This document shows positions 49,381 through 59,747 of a stretch of 64,000 bases of DNA, piece after piece. The notes under the pieces were generated by a model, which was not told the origin of the DNA, made no database searches, and saw only the letters and a list, made by a program, of their open reading frames with translations. The translations under genes were made by a program, and so were the position numbers. Origin of the DNA: an uncultured Chloroflexia bacterium (lineage in GTDB: Bacteria; Chloroflexota; Anaerolineae; JAAYZQ01); contig CAVOXA010000010.1 in assembly GCA_963700285.1 (NCBI GenBank), forward strand, positions 736,001 through 800,000, given 5' to 3'. Numbering within the stretch: the stretch's first letter is position 1; the number at the start of each line of letters is the position of its first letter.

Positions 49381-50616
49381 CTACTTCAATTCGACCCAGT
49401 GTACGACAAATGCAGACAGCCCAGTAAGAATACCGATTCCGGCAATCACGGGGAGTACCGTACCGTTGTAGCTTTGACCGATGATGGTACCCAGAGGCAT
49501 GGAGATCAAGGTTGAGAGCGAACCGACTACTGCGGCCCCGATCCCGGCCAGATGACCCAGGGGCTCCATGGCCAGGGAATTCTGGTTGCCGAACAGGATG
49601 CCGACGCAGAAGAAGGTCAGCATGATGTAGGCCATCAGGAACCATAGATGCGGCTGTCCGGCTGCCAGTAGGGCGACCACAAACGCAACGATTGACAGCC
49701 CTATCATGATGCCCTGCGACCGCCGAACCAGGAAACGCATGCCAAAGCGCATCACCAGGCGAGCATTCAGGAAGGACGCCACCCCAATGGAGAAAGAGAT
49801 GATACGCAAATATGAGCGGGAAGAGCTCTCCAAGCGCATACTGTTCCTGGAAGATCTGCTGGGAGGAATTCAGGTAGCCGATAAAGGCCCCGCTTATCAG
49901 ACCAGCCGACACGGTGTAGCCCAACGACTGTTCGATTCCTTAGAATCTCGCAGCGTTGCGTCAACGATCCGCCGCAGCGAAAACGGGGCTCGATCTTCTG
50001 GAGCCAAGGTCTCTGGCATGCGCAGCGCGAACCAGACCAAGGTGATGAGCGCCATCAGCACAAAGCCGCCAAAGATACCACGCCAACCTGAGACCAGCAG
50101 AATGGCCTGCCCTATGGTAGGTGCGATCATGGGCACCAGGATGAAAACAGTCATGACAAACGACATCACCCGGGCCATCGCCCGGCCCTCGTACCGGTCG
50201 CGTACCAGGGCCAACGTCACGGCACGCGGCGCCGAAGCCCCAAACCCCTGCAGAAGCCGCCCCGCCAGCATCATTTGGAAACTGGCCGCAGTAGCCGACA
50301 GCAGAGCGCCGATGACAAAGAAGGCATAGCCAATATAGATAGCGGGTTTGCGCCCGATGGCATCGGAAAGCGGCCCAAAGAATAGCTGTCCAAAGGCGAT
50401 GCCCACAAAGATAACAGAAACAACCAGCTGCCGGTCGTTGGCGTTCTGGACGTTCAGATCGCTGCCGATCTGGGACAGGGCTGGCAGCATGGCATCGATG
50501 GACATGGCGGTGAGCGACATCATCAAGGAGATGATGATGACAAACTCAACGAAGGATGGTCTGGTTTGCTCTGTTTCTGAACTCATGTTTTGGTACCTGG
50601 TTGGGGCATTTTCCAC
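49381..50616 (-). pseudogene. Bcr/CflA-family MFS efflux transporter, frameshifted (2 or more)
   Basis: SIDAMLPAL, GPLSDAIGRKP, GRLLQG, RDRYEG..MARVMS, PETL; continues across three ORF frames. Confidence 0.8.
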
Positions 50617-51263
50617 TTCAAGACCACCAACGATAGCCTCCCGGAGCGAATATGCTACGGATTACTCGCCTGCATTTACATCTCAATGTCCCAGGTAACT
50701 TGCAGGACTAGTCCGTCCCACATTCCCTGGATTAGAGCTTTTCTCTACAGTGGTTCCTGACGAAGCTCTATGCGGAGCCAGGCGACATTGTATCACGGCT
50801 CGGTTCCTGGAGCGAATCGAGGGTTTGGAGGGGGACACAGAGATCCGGGGAATTGGAGGGGCCTGTCGGGACTGCTGTCAAGGCGAACAATGGCAAATTC
50901 CAAACCTGAAGAAGAAGAAAGCTGAGCATCACACAAGTTTTCTTCCTATTTCTAACTGTTAGAAACACGACATTGCCCTCGCCACCCAAGTGCCTGATCA
51001 GCGTTCGCGCTGCCACGTGCCCTTTCCTAATCTGATCCTCATACTGGGCCAACAGTCCCAGAGCGTGCCTCATCGTGCATTTCCTACAGGTCTACGCCCT
51101 GTCAAATCCCCCCAAGGAACCTCGAACGCACGCTTGGTCATGCCTTCTACAGTTCCTGGAAAACGCTAATCTGCCAGAGCGCGTCGCGGGCGCAGTCTGA
51201 TCCGCGGACTCGTCCTTTTGAGCGGCCTGCGCAAAGCAGGGTTGGAAGTGTCGTGGTAAGAGA

Positions 51264-52007
51264 TCATGAGTCCTGTCTCTTCCTGCCAAGGCCGACTACA
51301 GTGAGCCCAAAGGGTAGGGTATGGTTTGACAACCATCGAGCCTCGAGATACAGGAACCTGACCAAGAGTTTGTTTTGCCAAGCAGGATTGCGGTGGAGGT
51401 CCGAATTAGTTTTCGCTGGGACTACTCTCTCTGCCACGCGTTTGCCCAAAGCCAATGGGAACAAGAGCGTGTTCGCATATGATATCTTCTCAATACAAAA
51501 GTTCGCAGCAGTGAAGGCCCCGACGCAATTCGGGAACAGTAAAGCGATGGGCGGTGTGAATGGCCTGGTCATGTCGGCCGCGCAGCCAGTCGTAAGCGGG
51601 CAAGCGGAGGAAAAGACATCCGCCTGGTTTGAGGACCCGGTGAAACTCCTTCAATGCCTGGCCATAGTTCCCCACAGCACGATGATACAGTACGTCAAAG
51701 GAAGTGATCAGGTCAAAGCATTCGTCGGCGAAGGGAAGCGAAACGATCGTCGCCTGACCCAAGCGGACAACCCTCGTTTCTGGCAAAAACGCAGAGCCAA
51801 CCTCGACAGATCACAACCTGTGACCGTGCCACAAGGTGCAAGATACCCCGTAGCTGCACCTGTTCCGCAGCCAGCATCCAGAATGTGCAGATCGCGCCGG
51901 TGCGGGTAACAGTGGGAGACTAGCATGATGGTAATCCGCTCCATGCCTACATACCACCAGTGCCGGTCTTCTACGGAAAACATGATCTCGTACTCTTTTG
52001 GGTCCAT
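51264..52007 (-). pseudogene. Class I SAM methyltransferase, frameshifted (2)
   Basis: EDRHWW...ILDAGCGTG / LPF.DE.FDL...DVLYH..RVLKPGG / YANTLLFP...LPFGL in three frames. Confidence 0.8.
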
Positions 52008-54029
52008 TCAACGATTCCTGCTCGTCACTTGAATTGTGCCCAGCAGAGCTGCATCGTTGGGAAGTGGATTCCCAGACATGTCGCTGGCTGGCAAGCGGGC
52101 CATGGTCGCCAGCAGGTAGAAACCGACTTCAAGCTGGTATTCACCCGACGGGCTGTCGAGGGGTACCGCCAGCGAGTGTACATCGAGGATGACTTGCCCC
52201 GGTTGCCAGTAACTGGTGGGATAGTGTCCGCCATCGGGCTGGCCATCGTGCCCGGCCCAGAGAGGACCGGTCGTAGCCGAATTGTGCTCGCTCAATAGAT
52301 GTACAAAGACGGTGTAGTCGTCCTCCAGTGGGGTCAGAGCCTGCCAGTGCAGGGTGAGGTAGAGCGTCTCACCCGCTGCGACCTCCCTGGTGTCCAGCGA
52401 ATAGCCCGTCAGTCGGACGGCGTCACCCCATACAGCGTCGGCAGGATGGTCAGGGGCCGGGGCGGGTGTATCAGTGGCGGGCAGGCGATAGGCTGCCGCG
52501 TAGGGACGCCCGTAGTCATCGGCCAGGTTCCAGATCACCTCTCCGTCGGGCCGAGAGCGCTGCAAAATGGGAAGGGTCGCTGTGTCCTCTTGGAGGAGAA
52601 CGATCACAGTCGCCGTCCGCCCCGGAGGGGGATAGAGTAGCCCCGCACGCCCATCATAAGAGGTGAAAGGACGGTGCACCAGGAATTGGAGCGTGTAATG
52701 GTCGCTGGCTGTGGGTGTGAGGTAGACGTCCTCGTCCCTGGGAAAAGTGTTGACCTGTTCAGCGATTTCTACCAACCCCACATCGTAGGCGTAAAACAGG
52801 TCGGGACTGCGGCCCCAGGTGTAAAAGTAAGCTCGCGCCGTCGAGACGGTGGAGAAGGCCAAGCCAATCATCAACAGTAGGGCAATCCATGACCTTGGGT
52901 GTTGGACTTTGGATTGCAGAAATCTCCAATCTCCGATTCCGTGTATCAAATACTCGATTCCCAGCGCACACAGGAGAGCTACGGCCGGCGTCGCGCCGAT
53001 GGCTCGACCAAAATGGGGTGCGTGCTCGGTGATGATGGTAGGCAGGATCATCACAATGAGCCAGAGCAAGGGCAGCAGTGGCCTGATGTGACCGCGAAAT
53101 GATTCGATCAGCGCCCAACCCAAACCAACCAGGAAAAGGAGTGCCAGGAAAGGATCGAATACTGGACGGCCAATTAGGTTGCTGCGGGGATTGGCATCGC
53201 CCTCGACAAAGAACATGCCTAGCACGCGGAGCAGGTTGTCGGCCACTGCCTGGCGGGAGCTAGCTACGCTCATGGGTCGCTGCAAAAAGTTGGCAAGATG
53301 GGTTACAAAGTAGATGACTATGGGGGCCGCGACCAGTAAAGTGACGAGGGCGGTCAGTGCCAGGCCACGCCAATGACGCCGTAAGAAACCCCGTTCCATG
53401 ACTACGGCGCACCCGATGTACAAAATAGCCAGGATCGGCACAAAGTATCCGGCCTTGTAAGTGTAGAGGCTGCCGCCCAGGGCCAGGCCGGTCAGGACAA
53501 ATGCCAACAGACGATCGGAGTTCAAGCCCCAGGACAGTGCAGCAAAGGCCAGGGTGGCGAAAAAGGGCACCAGAATCGGCTCCATGCCGATGCGGCTAAA
53601 GCTGACATGCCAGTACAGAATCGCAAGCACTAGGGCTGCACCCAGGCCTACTACCCAGCTCCGAAAGAGCTCACGGCCCAGATACCAGACCAGCGGTACT
53701 GTCAGCATTCCGACGATTGCCGACAACAAACGGATGGCCCATGGCTTCTGTCCAAACAAGCCGAGGGTGAAGGCCACCAGGTAGATGGCAATGGGCTCCT
53801 CCCCCATGTCGTCTTCAAAAAACAGTTGGGGTGCCGCACCCCCGAGGAGCGCACGGGCGGTGACACCCTTGAATCCCTCGTCAAAATGGAGACCGGGTGG
53901 CAGGGTTTTGAGAGAGCAAAGCCGGAGAGCCGCAGCGAGCAGAATGATGAGGAGAAGGGCAAGGGCTTCCCAGGTCAACCAAGGTTTTGCGTTCTCTGTA
54001 TCTCTGCGGTTGAATGTTTTGTTCACCAT
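52008..54029 (-). CDS. GT39/PMT_2 membrane glycosyltransferase
   Basis: LPPGLHFDE, AIRL.SA..G.LTV, WHVSFSRIG, LYTY, PHFGRA; C-terminal LHWQAL...YTVFVHL...W.PG domain. Confidence 0.85.
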   Translation of the reverse strand: MVNKTFNRRDTENAKPWLTWEALALLLIILLAAALRLCSLKTLPPGLHFDEGFKGVTARALLGGAAPQLFFEDDMGEEPIAIYLVAFTLGLFGQKPWAIRLLSAIVGMLTVPLVWYLGRELFRSWVVGLGAALVLAILYWHVSFSRIGMEPILVPFFATLAFAALSWGLNSDRLLAFVLTGLALGGSLYTYKAGYFVPILAILYIGCAVVMERGFLRRHWRGLALTALVTLLVAAPIVIYFVTHLANFLQRPMSVASSRQAVADNLLRVLGMFFVEGDANPRSNLIGRPVFDPFLALLFLVGLGWALIESFRGHIRPLLPLLWLIVMILPTIITEHAPHFGRAIGATPAVALLCALGIEYLIHGIGDWRFLQSKVQHPRSWIALLLMIGLAFSTVSTARAYFYTWGRSPDLFYAYDVGLVEIAEQVNTFPRDEDVYLTPTASDHYTLQFLVHRPFTSYDGRAGLLYPPPGRTATVIVLLQEDTATLPILQRSRPDGEVIWNLADDYGRPYAAAYRLPATDTPAPAPDHPADAVWGDAVRLTGYSLDTREVAAGETLYLTLHWQALTPLEDDYTVFVHLLSEHNSATTGPLWAGHDGQPDGGHYPTSYWQPGQVILDVHSLAVPLDSPSGEYQLEVGFYLLATMARLPASDMSGNPLPNDAALLGTIQVTSRNR

Positions 54030-54313
54030 TCACACTATTGCCCGCTACGCGTCGGGGCCGTGCTCGGGCTCTCGATGAGCCTTGAGATTCTACTATCTAT
54101 TCTTCCAGTATACCACCTTCGGCAGAGATGATCAAAGACGCAGGCTGACCCATGGCCTTTGCGCGAGCCGAGCACTAGAAGGAACCGGCTCACAGGAGAA
54201 GGCCAGAGTCCTTTGCTTGGAAGAACACCGCCGCTTGCGGCCGAGTTTTCACCACGCAGACTCTACTTCTGGAGGGGATATAGAAGGTGCGCCCAAGGGA
54301 CCTCAGATCCGCG

Positions 54314-55411
54314 TCAGGGCAGTACCCCCCGCAGTTCCTCCAGGTAGGGCTCCACCTCGCTCGCCGCTTCGGGATTAAGCTCCAGATAGATCTCGAAATG
54401 ATCCCTGGCCTCGGCAAAGCGCTCCAGTTCCAGATAGGTCAGCGCCAGGTTCCAGTGGGCCGAGGCGAACCCGGGCTCCAGCGCCAGGGCCGACTCGTAG
54501 GCATCGGCAGCCAGTTGGGGCTCGTCCAGGTGATTGCGGGCCAGGCCCAGGAAGAACTGTGCCTCGCTCAAGGCAGGATCCTCCTCCAGGGCCAGTTCTA
54601 GCTGGACAGCGGCCTCGTCCCAGGCTTCCCGCTCGACGGCATCCTCGGCGCGCAGTAAGTAGCTGGCCGGGCTGTCGCGCTGGACGCTGGTCGCCAGGGC
54701 TACGCCGCCTGCCAGCAGCAGCACGGCCACGGCCAGGGCCAGCCAGTACCGCCCCAGCCGGTTCTCGTCCACCAGTTGCATGGCGACGGGATCTAGTTTG
54801 TAGCTGGGCATCAGAAACCAGCCCAGGCAAAAGCCGCTCACCAATCCCCCAAGGTGGGCCATGTTGTCGATGGCCGGCTGGGTAAAGCCCAAGACCAGGT
54901 TGATGACGATCAAGAAGGCGATATTGGCCAGGCGCCGTTGTCCCCAGGCACCCAATTGCTGGCGGTGGCGCAGGAAAAAGGCAGCGAGGGCGCCAATGAT
55001 GCCAAAGATGGCGCCCGAGGCGCCGGCCGACAGGCTGTCGCTGAAAGCGTAGCTGGCCAAACCGCCAAACAGTCCGGACAGGATGTAAATAGCCAGGAAG
55101 CGCCGCCAGCCCAGCAGCCGTTCCAGCTCCGTGCCAATGACGACCAGGGCATAGCCATTGAAGGCCAGGTGCATGATACCAATGTGCAGGAACATGGCGC
55201 TAAAGAGCCGCCAGTACTCGCCCTGAGCAATCAGGGGGTTGACCTTGGCGCCCAGGCGGACCAGGACCTCACTGTTGGTGGAGCCGCCGACCAGAGTCTC
55301 CAGGGCGAACACGACGAGGATGATGCCCAGCAGGACCCAGGTAACGACCGGTCTGTTGAGCGGCAAAGCCAAAGAAACGCGACGCGGTTGGGAGTCGAAG
55401 GGCTCCGTCAC
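54314..55411 (-). CDS. Rhomboid intramembrane serine protease with C-terminal TPRs
   Basis: EYWRLF.AMFLH.G.MHL.FN, GASGAIFG, AHLGG; TPR repeats. Confidence 0.92.
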   Translation of the reverse strand: MTEPFDSQPRRVSLALPLNRPVVTWVLLGIILVVFALETLVGGSTNSEVLVRLGAKVNPLIAQGEYWRLFSAMFLHIGIMHLAFNGYALVVIGTELERLLGWRRFLAIYILSGLFGGLASYAFSDSLSAGASGAIFGIIGALAAFFLRHRQQLGAWGQRRLANIAFLIVINLVLGFTQPAIDNMAHLGGLVSGFCLGWFLMPSYKLDPVAMQLVDENRLGRYWLALAVAVLLLAGGVALATSVQRDSPASYLLRAEDAVEREAWDEAAVQLELALEEDPALSEAQFFLGLARNHLDEPQLAADAYESALALEPGFASAHWNLALTYLELERFAEARDHFEIYLELNPEAASEVEPYLEELRGVLP

Positions 55412-56040
55412 AAGCTGACCCTTCGGGGCACAGTGCGGCAGTGCTCGGCGCGCATGATGGCCACGACGTCGTCCACCGCGATGTCCAGGGCATCGCGCGC
55501 ATTGACGACGACGTAGTCAAAGTCGGGAATGAGGGCCATCTCCTCCTGGGCCGTCTCCAGCCGCTGCGCCAGCGCCTCTTCCGACTCGGTCCGGCGCTCG
55601 CGCAGGCGGGCCACCAATTCCTCCCTCGACTCGCAGTTGAGAAAGATGGTGATGGCCTCCGGGAGCATGGCTTTCACCTTCCTGGCTCCCTGCACATCCA
55701 CGCGCATCACGACATCCTGTCCCGATGCCAGCGCCTGGCGGATGTGGGCCTTGGGCACGCCCTTGTGCTGACCATAGACGAGCGCGTGCTCCACCAGCTT
55801 GCCCTCGGCGATCATCCGCTCAAACTCGGCGGTCGTATAAAAGTAATAGTCCACCCCATGGATCTCGTCGGCTCGGGGAGAGCGATCGGTGGCCGTGACC
55901 ACAAAGTCAAAGGGGTAACCCCGCTCCTTCATGCGCTGGACGACCGAGTCCTTGCCTGCGCCCGATGGGCCCGAGATGACGACCAGCAGCGGAGACTGCT
56001 CCTGGTAGAATGGATCTGCCGAGTGTGCAATGTCTGTCAT
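55408..56040 (-). CDS. gmk: Guanylate kinase
   Basis: VISGPSGAGKD, T.R.PR..E..GVDYYF, DVQGA, FDYVVVN. Confidence 0.95.
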   Translation of the reverse strand: MTDIAHSADPFYQEQSPLLVVISGPSGAGKDSVVQRMKERGYPFDFVVTATDRSPRADEIHGVDYYFYTTAEFERMIAEGKLVEHALVYGQHKGVPKAHIRQALASGQDVVMRVDVQGARKVKAMLPEAITIFLNCESREELVARLRERRTESEEALAQRLETAQEEMALIPDFDYVVVNARDALDIAVDDVVAIMRAEHCRTVPRRVSL

Positions 56041-56067
56041 GCCTGTCCGTCCTGTGAAAACGAAAAC

Positions 56068-56096
56068 TTGGCGGCGAGGCCAGTTTTCAGTATAAT
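56068..56096 (+). promoter_or_regulatory. sigma70-type promoter
   Basis: TTGGCG-17bp-TATAAT upstream of 56134. Confidence 0.5.
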
Positions 56097-56133
56097 TCAC
56101 GGTAAGAAGCTGACAAGATCGAGGTGAGGAATC

Positions 56134-56523
56134 ATGCCCATTTACGAATACCGCTGCCAGGACTGCCGTCGCCGGGTCAGTCTCTTTTTCCGGTCCTTTT
56201 CAAAAATTGAGGATGAGCCCACCTGTCCGCGCTGTGGCGGCACCCACCTGGTTCGCATGATCTCACGGGTAGCGGTCATCCGCTCTGAGGGCAGCCGTCT
56301 GGACGACCTGGGCGATCCCTCGATGATGGGCGACCTGGACGAGGACGATCCCAAGAGCATCGCTCGCTGGATGCGCAAAATGAGCGCCGAGACAGGCGAG
56401 GAGATGCCCGGGGAGTTCGACGAGGTCATAGACCGGCTGGAGAGCGGCCAGAGCCCCGAAGAGATCGAAGGAGCCATGCCCGACCTTGCCGGCGACTTGG
56501 GTGGCGGCATGGAGGACTTGTGA
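56134..56523 (+). CDS. FmdB-family zinc ribbon protein
   Basis: MPIYEYRC..C...CPRCG. Confidence 0.88.
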   Translation: MPIYEYRCQDCRRRVSLFFRSFSKIEDEPTCPRCGGTHLVRMISRVAVIRSEGSRLDDLGDPSMMGDLDEDDPKSIARWMRKMSAETGEEMPGEFDEVIDRLESGQSPEEIEGAMPDLAGDLGGGMEDL

Positions 56524-56581
56524 TGCGTTCGAGGCGCAGGGCACCCTCCTCGGCCCGCAGCAAGCCAGAGTCCCGGGCCCG

Positions 56582-56920
56582 CTAGAACCGCTCAAACCGC
56601 TCGATGTCCAGGACAAAGATCGTAGCGCCCCCCACCTGGATCTCCACCGGAGAGGGCACGTACATCTCCCCTGGCTCCATCACGGGGGGCAGCGGGTTTA
56701 CCAACTGTCGCCGGGTGTGACAGTTCTCCCGGATTAGCTGCATCACTGCAGGAACATTTTCCTCCATGGTGCCAATGAAAACCGTGGCGTTCCCCTGGCG
56801 CAGGAACCCGCCTGTCGTACTGATGGTCGTCGCCCGGTAGCCGGCCGCGGTCAGAACATCCACCAACCGACTAGCATCGTCGTGGTTGACGATCGCCATG
56901 ATCAACTTTCTCTCGCTCAC
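56582..56920 (-). CDS. darA: Cyclic-di-AMP receptor, PII-like (DarA/PstA/YaaQ)
   Basis: KLIMAIV..DD, TTGGFLRQGN.T, VGGATIFV; lies directly after tmk, as in Firmicutes. Confidence 0.9.
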   Translation of the reverse strand: MSERKLIMAIVNHDDASRLVDVLTAAGYRATTISTTGGFLRQGNATVFIGTMEENVPAVMQLIRENCHTRRQLVNPLPPVMEPGEMYVPSPVEIQVGGATIFVLDIERFERF

Positions 56921-57564
56921 GTTCCCTCCCCACTCGTCGCTGAATCTCGCCGGGCCATGACCAGATCTTGGATGGTGACTTGTACCTCATCGATCTCCCG
57001 ACTGGCATCCACTACAACCCAACGTTCCGGCTCCTGAGCGGCCATGGCCAGGTATCCAGCACGTACCCGTTCGTGATACGCAAGCTCCTTCTGCTCCATC
57101 CGGTTCCAGGCGTCGCCGCTGCCCCCCATTTTTCGCCGCAGGCCGAGTTCAACCGGCACGTCGAAATATAAGGTCAGATCTGGTACAAGCCCGCCGGTGG
57201 CAAAGCGGCTGACAGCCAGAAGAACGTCCAGATCGAGTTGATACCCATAGCCCTGGTAGGCCATGCTCGAATCAGCATAGCGGTCGCTAAACACGATGCC
57301 GCCCCTTGCCAGATGGGGGCAGATCACCTGGCCCACGTGCTGCGCCCGCGCCGCCGAAAAGAGCAGGAATTCGGTCGGCGGCAACATCTCGGTGTGCCCC
57401 GGGTCGAGCAGGATATTGCGCACCCGCTCACCAATCGGCGTACTGCCTGGCTCCCGCGTGGTCAGCACATCGTGGCCCTGTTCCCGAAGATAGTCAGCCA
57501 GGGCTCGCATCTGGGTGGTCTTGCCGGAGCCTTCCGGCCCTTCAAAAGTGACGAAAAGACTCAA
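56917..57564 (-). CDS. tmk: Thymidylate kinase
   Basis: FVTFEGPEGSGKTTQ, TREPG, LLFSAARAQH, DRY.DSS.AYQG. Confidence 0.95.
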   Translation of the reverse strand: MSLFVTFEGPEGSGKTTQMRALADYLREQGHDVLTTREPGSTPIGERVRNILLDPGHTEMLPPTEFLLFSAARAQHVGQVICPHLARGGIVFSDRYADSSMAYQGYGYQLDLDVLLAVSRFATGGLVPDLTLYFDVPVELGLRRKMGGSGDAWNRMEQKELAYHERVRAGYLAMAAQEPERWVVVDASREIDEVQVTIQDLVMARRDSATSGEGT

Positions 57565-57799
57565 GGTGTCTTTCCCCTCGTTCGTGCTGGAGCGACATCC
57601 AGCAGATAGCCATGGGCCATCTCGCACTCAAGCCAAATGCGCGGTTCGGCGGTTTTCACCCGGGAATCGCCGGCCAGGGATCACGTTAGATCAAAGGACA
57701 GAGATCTACTGGTTAAGAAACGGTGGTTGGTACATGGTACACAGCAAGTGACCGCCCATATTATACCCGAAAAACCTGCGTCACGCAACATAGAAATAC

Positions 57800-57837
57800 A
57801 AACTGGGCCAGTCTCCAGAAAGACCGACCCAGTTTTC
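57800..57837 (-). terminator. Probable terminator of the ABC operon
   Basis: AAACTGGG...CCCAGTTTT hairpin. Confidence 0.5.
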
Positions 57838-57856
57838 CCTGATAAGGATAAGTGGC

Positions 57857-59747
57857 CTATGTCGTCGCCGCTGCCAGGTGGCGCCCATCCCCACCAGGTT
57901 TCGCAGGAACTACTATTTCTAGCTCCTGCCGCTGGCGGAACTGGCGGGTATAGAGGTCATAGTACGCCCCACCCACGTCCAAGAGCTGCTCGTGGGCCGA
58001 TCTTTCCGGGGTACTGGCGGCCCGCTCCACGATCTCGCCATCCTGCAGAACCAGCAGTTGATCGGCATTGCGGATGGTGCTCAGGCGGTGGGCGATGACA
58101 AAGCTGGTCCGGCCCTGCAGCAACCGGGCCAGCGCCCGCTGGATCAACAGCTCGGTACGGGTATCCACACTGCTCGTCGCCTCGTCCAGGATCAGCAGGC
58201 GGGGGTCAGCCAGGATGGCCCGGGCGATAGAGATGAGCTGCCGCTGGCCCTGGCTCAGGTTGCGCCCCTGCTCCGAAAGCTCGGTTGTCGTAGCCCTCCG
58301 GCAGCTTGGTCGATGAACTCATCGGCGTTGGCCAGCTTGGCCGCCTCGATCACCTCTTCGTCGCTGGCCTCCAGCCGCCCGTAGCGGATGTTCTCCATGA
58401 TGGTGCCGCTGAACAGGAATGTATCCTGCAAGACGATGCCCATCTGGGAACGCAGGCTGGCCCGGGTGACCTCGCGCACGTCCCGGCCGTCGATCCGGAC
58501 CGAGCCCTCCACCGCCTCGTAAAAGCGGCCCATGAGGTTGACCAGCGTCGTCTTGCCCGGCACCTGTCGGCCCCACCAGGGCCACGGTCTGGCCTGGCTC
58601 GGCCACCAGGCTCACGTCGCGCAGCACCGGCTCCTCCGGCTTGTAATGGAACGACACACCGTCAAAGGCTACACGACCGGCTATGGGCGGCATCTCCACC
58701 GCATCGGCAGCGTCCGCCAGGTCGGGCTCGGTGTCCAGCAGTTCAAAGATGCGCTCCGAACCAGCCAGCGCCGACTGCAATTGGGCATAGAGCTGGGCCA
58801 ACTGCTGGACCGGCTGGAAAAAGCGCCGCACGTAGACCAGGAAGGAGACGATGACGCCCACTGTGATGAGCGGCGGTGTTTGCAGGGCCAGGTAGCCGCC
58901 AAAGCCGAGCACGATGGCCAGGCCGATGGTGCTCAACACGTCCAGTGCCGGCGATAAAAGCGGCGACGACTCCCTGGGCGCTGACGTTGGCATCGCGGTT
59001 GGCCCGGTTTAGCTCGTCAAAACGCTCGATATTCTCGTCCTCCCGGGCAAAGGCCTGGGCCACCCGCACGCCCGAGATGTTCTCCTCCAGATCGGCGCTC
59101 ACACTGCCGATGGTCTTTCGCGTCTTGCGGAAGGCGTGGCGGGCGCGGCGCGAGAGCAGGATCGATACGGCGAACATGAAGGGCAGGATGACAAAGGTCG
59201 CCAGGGCAAGCTGCCAGTTCAGGCGGAACATGGCGATCACAATGCCCACGATCAGCAGCACGCTGCCGAGTGTCTGCACCAATCCGGCATTGATCACCTG
59301 GCCGATGGTGTCCACGTCATTGGTCAGGCGGCTCATCAGGTCTCCGGCCTCGTGTTCGTCAAAGTAGGTCAGCGACAGGCTCTGGATCCGGTCAAAGATC
59401 TGCGAGCGCAGCCGGTAGAGCACCTTGTTGCCGACGATGATCATGCCATAGAACTGGCCATAGTTGGTCGCCCACGAGCCCAGGTAGGCGGCCAGTAGCA
59501 GCAGCATGGTCCTCGTCAGCCCCTGCCGGTCGCCCTCGACGATGAACTGGTCGATGGCCAAGCCGATCAGGTAGGGAGCCAGCCAGTTGCAGCAGCGTAC
59601 CCACGACCAGCAGGACCGCTACGCCCAGCAGCGCCAGCCGGTAGGGCTTGAAAGTAGAGCGCCAGGCGCCGCAGCACCTGCCCGCTATCGTGGGCCTTTT
59701 CTTCCTCGCGTGCTCGCCATGCGGTGCATCGGTCCGCCACCAATCAT
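57857..59747 (-). pseudogene. Heterodimeric ABC exporter subunit 2 (TMD+NBD), multiply frameshifted
   Basis: [49 protein letters not shown] spread over several frames. Confidence 0.8.
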
